Source of the DNA: a virus
Virus record (IMG/VR): IMGVR_UViG_3300010883_000251
Coordinates: 1 to 31,185 of that record
DNA length: 31,185 nt
Direction: 5' to 3' (one strand)
Shown here: in pieces, positions 18,166 through 25,701 of the stretch
Position numbering within the stretch: the first letter of the stretch is position 1
Layout of the letters: each line of letters begins with the position of its first letter
Notes under the pieces: generated by a model
Seen by the model: only the letters and a program-made list of their open reading frames with translations
Told to the model about the DNA's origin: nothing
Databases searched by the model: none
Translations under genes and position numbers: made by a program

Positions 18166-18432
18166 TTAGATGTTGAAACCGCCAAGTGATGCGATCGGAA
18201 CGTTCAATGCTTCAACGATTGCAAATTCAAAGATCTTCGATTTGTTGTCATATCCAAGAACATCACCCCAGTTTTCACAAAGAAGTTCCCATGCTTCAAA
18301 TGTTTCTTCAGACACTTTCAATGTGATCACCTTGTCAAATGATTCATTCAAGAAGATGTCTTTTGTTTTTTCAACCTCTGATTCATTCAGATGATTTTCT
18401 AGTGATTGATATTTGTCAAGATCTTTGTTCAT
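18166..18432 (-). CDS. Hypothetical acidic protein (88 aa)
   Basis: ATG start, A-rich leader, no motif recognised. Confidence 0.5.
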   Translation of the reverse strand: MNKDLDKYQSLENHLNESEVEKTKDIFLNESFDKVITLKVSEETFEAWELLCENWGDVLGYDNKSKIFEFAIVEALNVPIASLGGFNI

Positions 18433-18511
18433 GTTTTTATTTTTAATTTTGTAAAAAAGAAACCGATCACGTCACAAAGTTGGAATCTTCATGATGCAAT
18501 CGGCTTCACCT

Positions 18512-18539
18512 AAAAAAACAACGATCCGAAGATCATTGA
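18512..18539 (-). terminator. Rho-independent terminator
   Basis: Minus-strand RNA is CAAUGAUC-UUCG-GAUCGUUG (8-bp stem including one G-U, UUCG loop) followed by U8. Confidence 0.65.
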
Positions 18540-18595
18540 AAACAATCGCAAAGATTGTATTTTTTAATTCATAAAGTGTTGAAATTTTAAGAAAT

Positions 18596-18985
18596 TTAAT
18601 TCTTTAACACTTGAATGTTTCCAGACTTCACCGCCTTCTTCAATTGTTCTTGCGTTGGTTCTGGCATGTTTTCGATGTCTTGTGTTGCATTTTCAGACAT
18701 ATTCTTTGCAAGTTGATCTTGTGTTTTTTTCATTGCCGCATTTCGCAGTTCTGACATTTCAATGATTTTTTCAAGTCTTTTCAATTCAACTTGAATGAAA
18801 GTGATTCCGATGTTTTCATCACCATGATTTTTGATGTATGTGTTCAACATATTTTCACAACCTTTTTTTTGTTCGCTATTTTTGCAAGACCATATTGCAT
18901 CAATTATCTTGAAGCATTCGTCTTGTGCAGACACCTTGTTCATTGTCTTGATGTTGCCCATCAATTTTTCATTTTGTTTTGCCAT
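18596..18985 (-). CDS. Hypothetical protein (129 aa)
   Basis: ATG start, followed by the terminator at 18512-18539. No motif recognised. Confidence 0.5.
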   Translation of the reverse strand: MAKQNEKLMGNIKTMNKVSAQDECFKIIDAIWSCKNSEQKKGCENMLNTYIKNHGDENIGITFIQVELKRLEKIIEMSELRNAAMKKTQDQLAKNMSENATQDIENMPEPTQEQLKKAVKSGNIQVLKN

Positions 18986-19014
18986 TTTTTTTTGATTTTA
19001 TTTATTAAGATTAT

Positions 19015-19230
19015 TTATTTTATTGATGGAATGAAATGTGATCCATTATTGCAAAGTATTTCACCAGATCCTTTGCAGTCTTCACATGTTTCTGATTCAT
19101 CACCGCAGTGTTCACCGCAATCTGGACAAAGATCTGAATCGTTTCCATGAATGTTGATTCCACAACAAGTCATGTTTGTTTTTCCTTCACCTTCACATCT
19201 TTCGCATTCTACCATTTCAATGATTTTCAT
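19015..19230 (-). CDS. Cys-rich zinc-finger mini-protein (71 aa) with DnaJ-type CxxCxGxG motifs
   Basis: CERCEGEG ... CPDCGEHC ... CEDCKGSG. There are 12 Cys in 71 residues. Confidence 0.6.
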   Translation of the reverse strand: MKIIEMVECERCEGEGKTNMTCCGINIHGNDSDLCPDCGEHCGDESETCEDCKGSGEILCNNGSHFIPSIK

Positions 19231-19247
19231 ATTTTTATTTTTTTTTT

Positions 19248-19274
19248 GAACCGATTATCATTTCAATTCGGTTC
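19248..19274. other. Hairpin GAACCGA-N13-TCGGTTC flanked by T10 (plus-strand 5' side)
   Basis: 7-bp perfect stem. On the minus strand it is followed by A10 and then the ATG of the zinc-finger gene. On the plus strand it is followed by ATTTTATAT. Confidence 0.4.
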
Positions 19275-19375
19275 ATTTTATATGCATTCACAATGATTTG
19301 TGTGTTTTGATGCATTTTATATCTTATTCAATATAATTTCAACTTTGTCTTGTTTTTTCATCAATAAACTGGACA

Positions 19376-19786
19376 CTAGAATTGAACTTCAATTGATTTT
19401 TTCTTGATGTCAATTTCGACATTTTCCACATGAAACATTGTGTCAATTGTTCTTTGATCGTTTGTTTCAACTTCAAATTCTGAAATCAATTTGTTCAACT
19501 GATCTTCTTTGATTTCAACTTCATGATGCTGATCGTCTTTGTCATAGTAAGTGACCACCATTGAATCAGTGAATGAAACTTTTGTTGCATACGCACCGAT
19601 CGATTTGACACCCCATGATCGAATTTCCATGAAGAACGTCCATTCAACTTCAATCGTCAATTCAGTGTCATCAATTTGAATGTCTGGTGATAGTTTGAAT
19701 TCATTGATGAACCATTCATTGAAACTGAAAAGATCGACATCAAATTTTTCACTTGTGTTTTTTGATTTGAAAGTTTCTGACATCAT
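19376..19786 (-). CDS. Hypothetical protein (136 aa)
   Basis: Its ATG overlaps the upstream stop (ATGA type). No motif recognised. Confidence 0.5.
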   Translation of the reverse strand: MMSETFKSKNTSEKFDVDLFSFNEWFINEFKLSPDIQIDDTELTIEVEWTFFMEIRSWGVKSIGAYATKVSFTDSMVVTYYDKDDQHHEVEIKEDQLNKLISEFEVETNDQRTIDTMFHVENVEIDIKKKSIEVQF

Positions 19787-20184
19787 GATACATCGAATTC
19801 AGATTGAACGACAACACAACCATTGTCATTCTTTTTCTTGATCAATTTTTTGAACCCTTCAAAAGTTGTTGAATCACTGAAAGAAGTTCCGAAGACATCA
19901 TTGAATTCAATCCATGATCTGAACTTGTATTGAAATCCATTTTGATAGTTTACAATGATTTTGTAGAAATTTGTTTTCCAGTTTCCACGTGCTTGATCAT
20001 CAGTTGCAACCCACCAGTCAATTTCAGTGAATGAAAATGGTGAAGGAATATCGAAAGAAGTCTTGAATGAATGCATCATTTTGTGCCATTCGGTCATTTC
20101 AAATTTTCGACTTGCCATTTCATGATCACCACACATGACTTTGATGTTTCCATCGGTGACTTTGATTTCCAGATTTTGATCCAT
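19783..20184 (-). CDS. Hypothetical protein (133 aa)
   Basis: Starts 5 nt after the methyltransferase stop. No motif recognised. Confidence 0.5.
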   Translation of the reverse strand: MDQNLEIKVTDGNIKVMCGDHEMASRKFEMTEWHKMMHSFKTSFDIPSPFSFTEIDWWVATDDQARGNWKTNFYKIIVNYQNGFQYKFRSWIEFNDVFGTSFSDSTTFEGFKKLIKKKNDNGCVVVQSEFDVS

Positions 20185-20188
20185 TTTT

Positions 20189-20830
20189 TTATTTTTTTAG
20201 TGATTCAATGATTTCTTCACACAATTGTGATGGAATAACACTTCGAAGAAAATTTCCTTTGATTCCTTGTGTTCCAGTTCTTGAACCTCGTGGTGCTGAT
20301 TGATGACATTTCATGCCATTTTTGCACATTTTTCGTGGTTTCCATTTCAAATGATTTGTCCAGATGTCCGTTGGTTTCATTCTTCTTTGTTCAAGTGGAA
20401 GATCAAGATCATATTGACAATATGTGATTGTATTTCGAACACCAACATTTTCCATGAAGTCCATTTTTCGCAACAATCCTCGTGGATTCTCAATGAAGAA
20501 AAATTCTGGATTGAAATGATTGATGATTTCCAGTGTCTTTTTTACGATTTCAATTCCTTTTTTTGATGCGTCTGATTTTGGTTGTCGTTCTTTTGTCCAG
20601 TGATGATAACAAGACGCAATTGAAAAGGTTGTGCAAGGTGGTGATGCCCAAATGATGTCTGGTTTGAACGGAACTTTTGAAACATCAAACTTCAAGATGT
20701 CAACAACATAGTCAATTTTTTCGAAATTTTTGAAATCAGTGGTGAATGTTTCAAAACCATTTGATTCTGCGACCTTTGAAAAAGATCGACTGCCTGCAAA
20801 AAGTTCTAAAACTTTTAGTTTTTTTTCCAT
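20189..20830 (-). CDS. Compact DNA (cytosine-5)-methyltransferase (213 aa)
   Basis: Motif I LELFAGSRS, motif IV ASPPCTTFS, motif VI FIENPRGL, then QRRMKPTDIWTN and GNFLRSVIPSQLCEEI (motif X-like). The true start is ATG 20830 (MEKKLKVLELFAG). The ORF-track N-terminal extension reads through the promoter repeat. Confidence 0.85.
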   Translation of the reverse strand: MEKKLKVLELFAGSRSFSKVAESNGFETFTTDFKNFEKIDYVVDILKFDVSKVPFKPDIIWASPPCTTFSIASCYHHWTKERQPKSDASKKGIEIVKKTLEIINHFNPEFFFIENPRGLLRKMDFMENVGVRNTITYCQYDLDLPLEQRRMKPTDIWTNHLKWKPRKMCKNGMKCHQSAPRGSRTGTQGIKGNFLRSVIPSQLCEEIIESLKK

Positions 20831-20878
20831 TTGTTTTTGTTTTTTAGGTTGTCCGAAACATTGTGTTTCTTTCATGGT

Positions 20879-20957
20879 GTAAAAGTAAACCTTTTTTTCA
20901 TTCCGCAATGCACAAATCAAAGTTTTTTTCATTTATTTTCACTTTACTAGATAAGGA
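20879..20957 (-). promoter_or_regulatory. Repeated early promoter element, copy a
   Basis: The minus strand reads TCCTTATCTAGTAAAGTGAAAATAAATGAAAAAAACTTTGATTTGTGCATTGCGGAATGAAAAAAAGGTTTACTTTTAC. The 26-nt core (20879-20904) is identical in 4 copies. It contains TTG-N18-TACTTTTA. Confidence 0.6.
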
Positions 20958-21000
20958 AACACAAAAAATTTCTTGATATTTCGTGATCATTTGTTTCATT

Positions 21001-21357
21001 TCACACGTTTTCATTCAAATATTCAGTGATCAGATCGATTGTTTCTTCAAATCCATGTGTGCATTTCGCAAAGTAACCACGTGAATTCAAGTCAGTGATC
21101 CATTCTTTTTGATGCGGTGACAATTTTCCAGTCATTGTTTTCAATTCAATTGCAAGTCCATTGTGTTTCATTGTTGGATGATACAAGAAAAGATCTGGAA
21201 ACCCTTTGACATATCCAGATGCTTTCATTTTCTTTGCAACTGAAAGTGATGTTCGCATTCCACCAGAACTTGCACAATATCTGATTTCTGGAAAATTTGA
21301 TTTGATCCAGTTCACCACCGCAATTTGAATCTTCAATTCGTCTTGTCTGTTTTTCAT
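21001..21357 (-). CDS. VRR-NUC domain nuclease (118 aa)
   Basis: GYVKGFPDLFLY ... LAIELKTMTGKLSPHQKEWITDLNSRGY matches the PD-(D/E)xK VRR-NUC pattern (G.PDL...E.K...G.LS..Q..W). Confidence 0.75.
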   Translation of the reverse strand: MKNRQDELKIQIAVVNWIKSNFPEIRYCASSGGMRTSLSVAKKMKASGYVKGFPDLFLYHPTMKHNGLAIELKTMTGKLSPHQKEWITDLNSRGYFAKCTHGFEETIDLITEYLNENV

Positions 21358-22475
21358 TTGATAAGTATTTTTTCAAGATTGATTTTTTCTGATTTCATTT
21401 TTTCAAATGATTTTCTGAAAATAAAGTTTTTCACCATTTCTTTTGATCGATCTGTTTTCATGAATGATCCGATTCTGTTCTTGCTTGTGCTTTTGATCTG
21501 ATCAGTTGGTTTCAAGTTTGATTTGAATTTTGTGATTTCAACTTGATCATCAAAAAGAAGATTGAATTTTTTCAGTTCGTTTGAAATTAAAGATCCGAAG
21601 TCGTTGATCTTTGGAATTTGATCAGTTTCAATATATTTATTGAATGGATTGATCAAGTTTGAAATGATGAAATCATTGTGAAGTTTCTGTTTTTCTTCAT
21701 TTGAAATTTCTTTTTTCTTGACTTCTTTTCGAATTTGTCTTGTGTGTGATGGATCAACACGTCCCCACCGATCATCAGTCTTTCGTGATTTGAAGATCTG
21801 GATCTTTGCCCAGTTCAAGAAGTGTGTCTTTGTTTCACGAAATGATTTGAATGAATCATCTTTCAATTTTTGTTCTTCAATAAAGTCTTTCAAAAGTGAA
21901 TTGATCCAGAACATTGAAACTTTCAAATGTTTTGCAGTTGATTCAAGCCAGACATGTGAATTTTTTAATTCATCCACTTCAATGCATACTGATCCATTTT
22001 TGATGTCATTCATTTTTTTCAAATCCTTTTTTTCAAATTCAGAAAAACTTTTTGTATTTATTTTTTCTTCTTTTTTAATTGGATTTATATCTTGTTTATT
22101 AAGTGTATTACTATGTTCAAAGTTTTCTTTGATGCTGGTTTCAACTTTTTCTTTCGGCTGCCTTTCGGTTTTCTTGTATGCAGACTGACAAATTTTCAAA
22201 ACCCTTCTGCGACCATCAAATGAAACTTGTTCAACAAATCCAAGATTTTTCAACTTTGAAATTGCTGATGAAATTGTTGTCTTTGTTACGTCTAAGAAGT
22301 CCGCAAAGTAATCATTTGAAGCAAAGCAACCATCTTGATTGTCAAGCGATTCAATTTCAACCAGCATGATTTTTTCCAACCACGAAAGATCTTTGTTCAG
22401 ATACACATCTTTCGGAATCCAGATTCCTAGAAAATTGCGATCTTTTTGTTTTTTGTTTTCCATTTTTTTTTCCAT
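21354..22475 (-). CDS. Replication initiator / replisome organiser-like protein with N-terminal winged-helix domain (373 aa)
   Basis: FLGIWIPKDVYLNKDLSWLEKIMLVEIESLDNQDGCFASNDYFADFLDVTKTTISSAISKLKNLGFV is the common phage replication-initiator HTH pattern. The ORF-track start at 22502 is TTG. ATG 22475 lies 21 nt after a CCTAAAAAAAAA leader motif. Confidence 0.6.
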   Translation of the reverse strand: MEKKMENKKQKDRNFLGIWIPKDVYLNKDLSWLEKIMLVEIESLDNQDGCFASNDYFADFLDVTKTTISSAISKLKNLGFVEQVSFDGRRRVLKICQSAYKKTERQPKEKVETSIKENFEHSNTLNKQDINPIKKEEKINTKSFSEFEKKDLKKMNDIKNGSVCIEVDELKNSHVWLESTAKHLKVSMFWINSLLKDFIEEQKLKDDSFKSFRETKTHFLNWAKIQIFKSRKTDDRWGRVDPSHTRQIRKEVKKKEISNEEKQKLHNDFIISNLINPFNKYIETDQIPKINDFGSLISNELKKFNLLFDDQVEITKFKSNLKPTDQIKSTSKNRIGSFMKTDRSKEMVKNFIFRKSFEKMKSEKINLEKILIK

Positions 22476-22530
22476 TTCAGACTTCTGTTTTTTTTTAGGC
22501 AATACTACAATTTTTTTTCAGTTCATGAAA

Positions 22531-22809
22531 TTAAAATGGAACATCATTGTGATCACTTGTCACAAAAGTTGATCCAGATCCTTTTTCTTTTGGAACGAAT
22601 GTGTTCAATTCAGCATAGTGTGAAATTCCATTTTCGGCTTTTTCACGTCTTTTTTTCAATTCTATACTGACATATCCTTTTTCATTTTTTAATGTCTTCA
22701 GTTGATCGTGAAGTGCATCCACGTTGATGTCGATCTTGATGACCGAACCACCATTGTCAAATTGTTTTTCACGAATGAATAGTCCGTTGATGAATGTCTT
22801 GTCTTCCAT
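22531..22809 (-). CDS. Small SSB-like protein (92 aa) with a C-terminal acidic-aromatic tail ...SDHNDVPF
   Basis: The terminal D-V-P-F mimics the bacterial SSB tip (DD[IL]PF). It lies between the regulators and the replication initiator. The body is too short for a by-eye OB-fold call. Confidence 0.45.
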   Translation of the reverse strand: MEDKTFINGLFIREKQFDNGGSVIKIDINVDALHDQLKTLKNEKGYVSIELKKRREKAENGISHYAELNTFVPKEKGSGSTFVTSDHNDVPF

Positions 22810-22815
22810 TTTTAT

Positions 22816-23061
22816 TTATTTATTGATTGATTGATTGATTATTGATTTCATTTCTTGAATTGATTGAAAAACTTCACGATCTTTTTTTCCAAATTTTTCT
22901 TCATAAATTTTGTTTATTGTTGCCGCAGTCATGTTCAAATCAATTGATGCTTGATGAATTGAAACTTCTTTTTTGTTTATATAGTCAACGACTTTTTGTT
23001 TTTGATCATCATCCATTGATTCGAATGAAGTCAATTTCCTTCTTTGATATCTTCTTTTCAT
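22816..23061 (-). CDS. Small protein (81 aa), possible HTH DNA-binding protein
   Basis: The segment VSIHQASIDLNMTAATINKIY looks like a helix-turn-helix. Its start shares one base with the upstream stop (TAATG). Confidence 0.3.
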   Translation of the reverse strand: MKRRYQRRKLTSFESMDDDQKQKVVDYINKKEVSIHQASIDLNMTAATINKIYEEKFGKKDREVFQSIQEMKSIINQSINK

Positions 23062-23273
23062 TATATTATTTTATTAAGATTTTCAATGCTTGTGTCCATT
23101 AGTTCACCGATCTTTCGAAGTTGATCCAGTCTGAATTTTTGCGGATTTTCGCAATATGCTTTGATCGTTGGTTGTGAAATGTTCATTTCTTCACCCAGTT
23201 TTCTTTTTGAAATACCATGAAATCGAAGTGTCTTCGAAAATTCATTGTCATATTTTTTTGTTTTTTTCGTCAT
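23061..23273 (-). CDS. XRE/Cro-type HTH transcriptional regulator (70 aa)
   Basis: LRFHGISKRKLGEEMNISQPTIKAYCENPQKFRLDQLRKIGELMDTSIENL fits the XRE-family HTH pattern. Confidence 0.65.
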   Translation of the reverse strand: MTKKTKKYDNEFSKTLRFHGISKRKLGEEMNISQPTIKAYCENPQKFRLDQLRKIGELMDTSIENLNKII

Positions 23274-23296
23274 TTTTAAAATTTTATATTATTGAA

Positions 23297-23590
23297 TTAA
23301 TTTTGATCAGCGAAGTCCATGAAGACACCACGTTTGTGCATGTTTTGAAATTGATCTTTCGGATCGTTGAACTTCTGGTGATCCTTTAAATGATCAATGA
23401 AGTCATTCACTTGTGATTCCTTCAAGACATCCATTTTTTCCATCAGATCCTTTTTGCCATTACCATCAAAGATTGAATTGTCAATGAATGATTCAAGCAT
23501 TCCGATCAGATTGAAGTTTGAAATGATAGGATCTTCAATTTCATCGAACCATTTGTCAATGAAACTTGTGTCTTTTTTATTTTTTATCAT
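23297..23590 (-). CDS. Hypothetical strongly acidic protein (97 aa)
   Basis: MIKNKKDTSFIDKWFDEIEDPIISNF..., rich in D and E. An alternative upstream ATG at 23632 would overlap the preceding gene by 56 nt. Confidence 0.45.
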   Translation of the reverse strand: MIKNKKDTSFIDKWFDEIEDPIISNFNLIGMLESFIDNSIFDGNGKKDLMEKMDVLKESQVNDFIDHLKDHQKFNDPKDQFQNMHKRGVFMDFADQN

Positions 23591-23885
23591 TTGATTTTTT
23601 CTTTTTCTTTGAAAATTTCTTTTGAACTGCATTTCTTTTTTCGATCTTCTGACGATCTTTGAAATCTTGAACCCTTTGATCGGCTAACATTTCCGCAACT
23701 GGATTGATGTCTTTCAATTTTTTTCCAGATAAATTTGAATAGACCGCAGCATCAAGACTTCCGAACTTGAAATTCGGATCGTCATTCATTAGATTTTGAA
23801 ATCCTTTTGACATTCCAGCAACATAGGCGATCCACATTGACATGAAAAAGAAAAGTAGTGAAAGTAAGATGTAAACAATAAGCAT
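23577..23885 (-). CDS. Membrane-anchored protein (102 aa) with a Lys-rich tail
   Basis: N-terminal hydrophobic segment MLIVYILLSLLFFFMSMWIAYVAG and C-terminal KKFSKKKKKSNDKK. Confidence 0.55.
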   Translation of the reverse strand: MLIVYILLSLLFFFMSMWIAYVAGMSKGFQNLMNDDPNFKFGSLDAAVYSNLSGKKLKDINPVAEMLADQRVQDFKDRQKIEKRNAVQKKFSKKKKKSNDKK

Positions 23886-23896
23886 GATATTTTTTT

Positions 23897-24286
23897 TTAA
23901 ATTAGTAAATTTTTTATTTTGATTTGATTTGTTTTCAATTGATGATCAAATTCATCAAGTGTTTGATTGAAAATGATTTCACGAAACAAAATGATTTCTG
24001 GAAACAAAAATGGTGATCCATTTTCTTTGATTTTTCCATACACAATCAAGTCATCAATTTTTTCAAGATCCATTTCTTTTCTTTTCATTCTACTTTTGAA
24101 ACTTGTGATCACTTGTGACTGATCAAGTTCTTTATTTGTCCACCAGTTTTTTCCAAGAACTTTTTCAGCGGTGTCATCAAGAATGAATTTCGGAAGTGCG
24201 TCATTGTATTTTTCAAAGAAATACATGTCCGAAGAAATAATTTGATATTCACCACCAAGATAGATTGATTGTTTCATTCTTTTCAT
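23897..24286 (-). CDS. Hypothetical protein (129 aa)
   Basis: ATG 24286 lies 1 nt after the upstream stop (24288-24290). The ORF-track 192-aa version overlaps the upstream gene. Confidence 0.45.
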   Translation of the reverse strand: MKRMKQSIYLGGEYQIISSDMYFFEKYNDALPKFILDDTAEKVLGKNWWTNKELDQSQVITSFKSRMKRKEMDLEKIDDLIVYGKIKENGSPFLFPEIILFREIIFNQTLDEFDHQLKTNQIKIKNLLI

Positions 24287-24287
24287 T

Positions 24288-24698
24288 CTACTGGTTTGAT
24301 TTGTGCATTTGATTCCATTCATCCACTTCGACATCAGAATACACACCAAGTGAATAGAATGACGTAATTTGCAAGACAACACGTGCTTTTGCACGTTTTT
24401 CTGACATTTCAGTGAAATAAGTGTTGTTGCAATTTGCTTTTGTTGCAGTTCCAAAAGTTTCAATTTTGACATCACCTTTCATTCCAGTTGCTTTGATCAC
24501 ACAACCATCAGAATTCAGCGATTCAATTTTGAATTCAATTGTGATTCCATCATGTGCCATGATTTTTTCGATTCCAGTTCTTGTGATCATTACATATCCG
24601 AATTTTTTGTGCTTGAAAATATCTTCTTCATTCAAGTTGTATTGAAGATACAATTCAGTCAGACGTTCACGATTTGTTTTTGATTCCATTTTTTCCAT
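24288..24698 (-). CDS. Hypothetical protein (136 aa), possible Rad52/Sak-like single-strand annealing protein
   Basis: KIETFGTATKAN...EMSEKRAKARVVLQITSFYSLGVYSDVEVDE resembles the G.G...(helix)..KRA....G(IV).. core of Rad52-superfamily annealases. It is the first gene after promoter copy b. This is a weak by-eye call. Confidence 0.3.
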   Translation of the reverse strand: MEKMESKTNRERLTELYLQYNLNEEDIFKHKKFGYVMITRTGIEKIMAHDGITIEFKIESLNSDGCVIKATGMKGDVKIETFGTATKANCNNTYFTEMSEKRAKARVVLQITSFYSLGVYSDVEVDEWNQMHKSNQ

Positions 24699-24721
24699 TT
24701 TAATTTTGTTTTTTTGTTTTT

Positions 24722-24747
24722 GTAAAAGTAAACCTTTTTTTCATTCC
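24722..24747 (-). promoter_or_regulatory. Repeated early promoter core, copy b (core only)
   Basis: GGAATGAAAAAAAGGTTTACTTTTAC on the minus strand is identical to copies a, c and d. The distal half is replaced by the 3' end of the upstream CDS. Confidence 0.55.
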
Positions 24748-24758
24748 ATGAAAGTTTT

Positions 24759-25037
24759 TCATGATTTTTTTTCTTGATCTTGATATATATTTCCACCATA
24801 ACGTGGTGACGAATCAGCATCGATGATTCCTTTTGATTTGACAACAAGTCCCAGAACGATGTCACCTTTCGATGCATTCTTGATCAGTCTTTCCCATTTG
24901 TGAAAATTTCTGAAGGTTGTGTCAACACAAGTTCTGAATGATCTTTCACCATCATTGAAAAAAAGATAATACATTTCACCACCGAATCGTGATGGAACTT
25001 TTTTCTGGTTTTTATAAAAGAATTTTTTCATATCCAT
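24759..25037 (-). CDS. Hypothetical protein (92 aa)
   Basis: ATG 25037 or 25031. No motif recognised. Confidence 0.45.
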   Translation of the reverse strand: MDMKKFFYKNQKKVPSRFGGEMYYLFFNDGERSFRTCVDTTFRNFHKWERLIKNASKGDIVLGLVVKSKGIIDADSSPRYGGNIYQDQEKKS

Positions 25038-25183
25038 TCATTTTTTTGAACATCGATTGTGATCACACCACTGCAATGATCAAGTGTGTGTGTGCATAGA
25101 AGTCCAGATGAAAGAACGATCGTGTCAACCACTTCGAAACGTGGCTTGAATAAAGTTTTGATGTAGCAAATAATTTTTTCCAT
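25028..25183 (-). CDS. Hypothetical small protein (51 aa)
   Basis: ATG 25183 (MEKIICYIK...) lies 1 nt after the upstream stop and 16 nt after a CCTAAAAAA leader motif. The ORF-track 83-aa version overlaps the upstream gene. Confidence 0.4.
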   Translation of the reverse strand: MEKIICYIKTLFKPRFEVVDTIVLSSGLLCTHTLDHCSGVITIDVQKNEWI

Positions 25184-25184
25184 T

Positions 25185-25421
25185 TTAATTTTCTTTTTTA
25201 GGTTTTGATTGCAACTTATTGAATTGAAGTGTTTCTTCAATTGTGTCTTTGATATCGTGTTCAAAAATATCATAAACAATTTTTTCGTGAATGAACGTGA
25301 TGATCACATCACCAGTGAAAAGTGAAATGTAAACTTCAACCACTTTGCAACCCCATGAAATCATTTTCTTGCAAGTGTCTTTCACTATCTTGTTTTTTTG
25401 CTTTGTGTGAATTTTATCCAT
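25185..25421 (-). CDS. Hypothetical protein (78 aa)
   Basis: ATG start, tightly coupled to its neighbours. No motif recognised. Confidence 0.45.
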   Translation of the reverse strand: MDKIHTKQKNKIVKDTCKKMISWGCKVVEVYISLFTGDVIITFIHEKIVYDIFEHDIKDTIEETLQFNKLQSKPKKEN

Positions 25422-25423
25422 TT

Positions 25424-25678
25424 TTAATGATTTAAGTGTGACAAAGATTCATGTGATCTGTAAAAGTCAACAATGTATTTTTCGACTTCTTTGATCATTG
25501 CATTGAAGTCAAATTTGTTTTTTGAATATGTCCATGACATTTCATTCCAGTTTCCTTGACAAGCCCATGACAAAGATTGATACTTCCATGAAACGATGAT
25601 TTCGTTTCCGATCATTTCAGTTGTCGGAAGTTTCACTTTCATTTGATTGCAAATTTGAAGATTGATTTTTGATTTCAT
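25424..25678 (-). CDS. Hypothetical Trp-rich protein (84 aa)
   Basis: IVSWKYQSLSWACQGNWNEMSWTY. It is the first gene after the terminator at 25702-25731. Confidence 0.45.
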   Translation of the reverse strand: MKSKINLQICNQMKVKLPTTEMIGNEIIVSWKYQSLSWACQGNWNEMSWTYSKNKFDFNAMIKEVEKYIVDFYRSHESLSHLNH

Positions 25679-25701
25679 TTTTTTATTTTTTTTATTAAAT
25701 T

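Noticed and set aside
19248-19274. Hairpin GAACCGA-N13-TCGGTTC as a minus-strand rho-independent terminator after gene 19376..19786.
   Set aside because: On the minus strand it is followed by A10, not U. I kept it only as an unexplained structure.
19280-19330. The direct repeat ATATAAAATG (two copies here, with similar strings upstream of 23273 and 29655) as a phage-specific promoter motif.
   Set aside because: An AT-only 9- or 10-mer is expected a few times by chance in this AT-rich genome, and its position relative to start codons is inconsistent.
20831-20932. N-terminal extension of the methyltransferase ORF (MKKTLICALRNEKKVYFYTMKE...) and the 72-aa ORF 24659..24877, which share the peptide NEKKVYFY.
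   Set aside because: The shared peptide is simply the translation of the repeated promoter core AATGAAAAAAAGGTTTACTTTTAC. The real starts lie downstream of the leader motif.
22012-22170. Possible replication origin inside the initiator gene, based on short direct repeats (TTTTTTCAAAT x2, CTTTCGG x2) in an AT-rich stretch.
   Set aside because: The repeats are short and few, and they are expected by chance in low-complexity Lys/Glu-coding sequence. That is not enough evidence to call iterons.
23061-23273. The XRE-type HTH protein as a CI/Cro lysogeny switch implying a temperate lifestyle.
   Set aside because: There is no integrase, excisionase or divergent promoter arrangement, and both HTH genes are co-directional with everything else. 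A lytic-cycle regulator is equally consistent.
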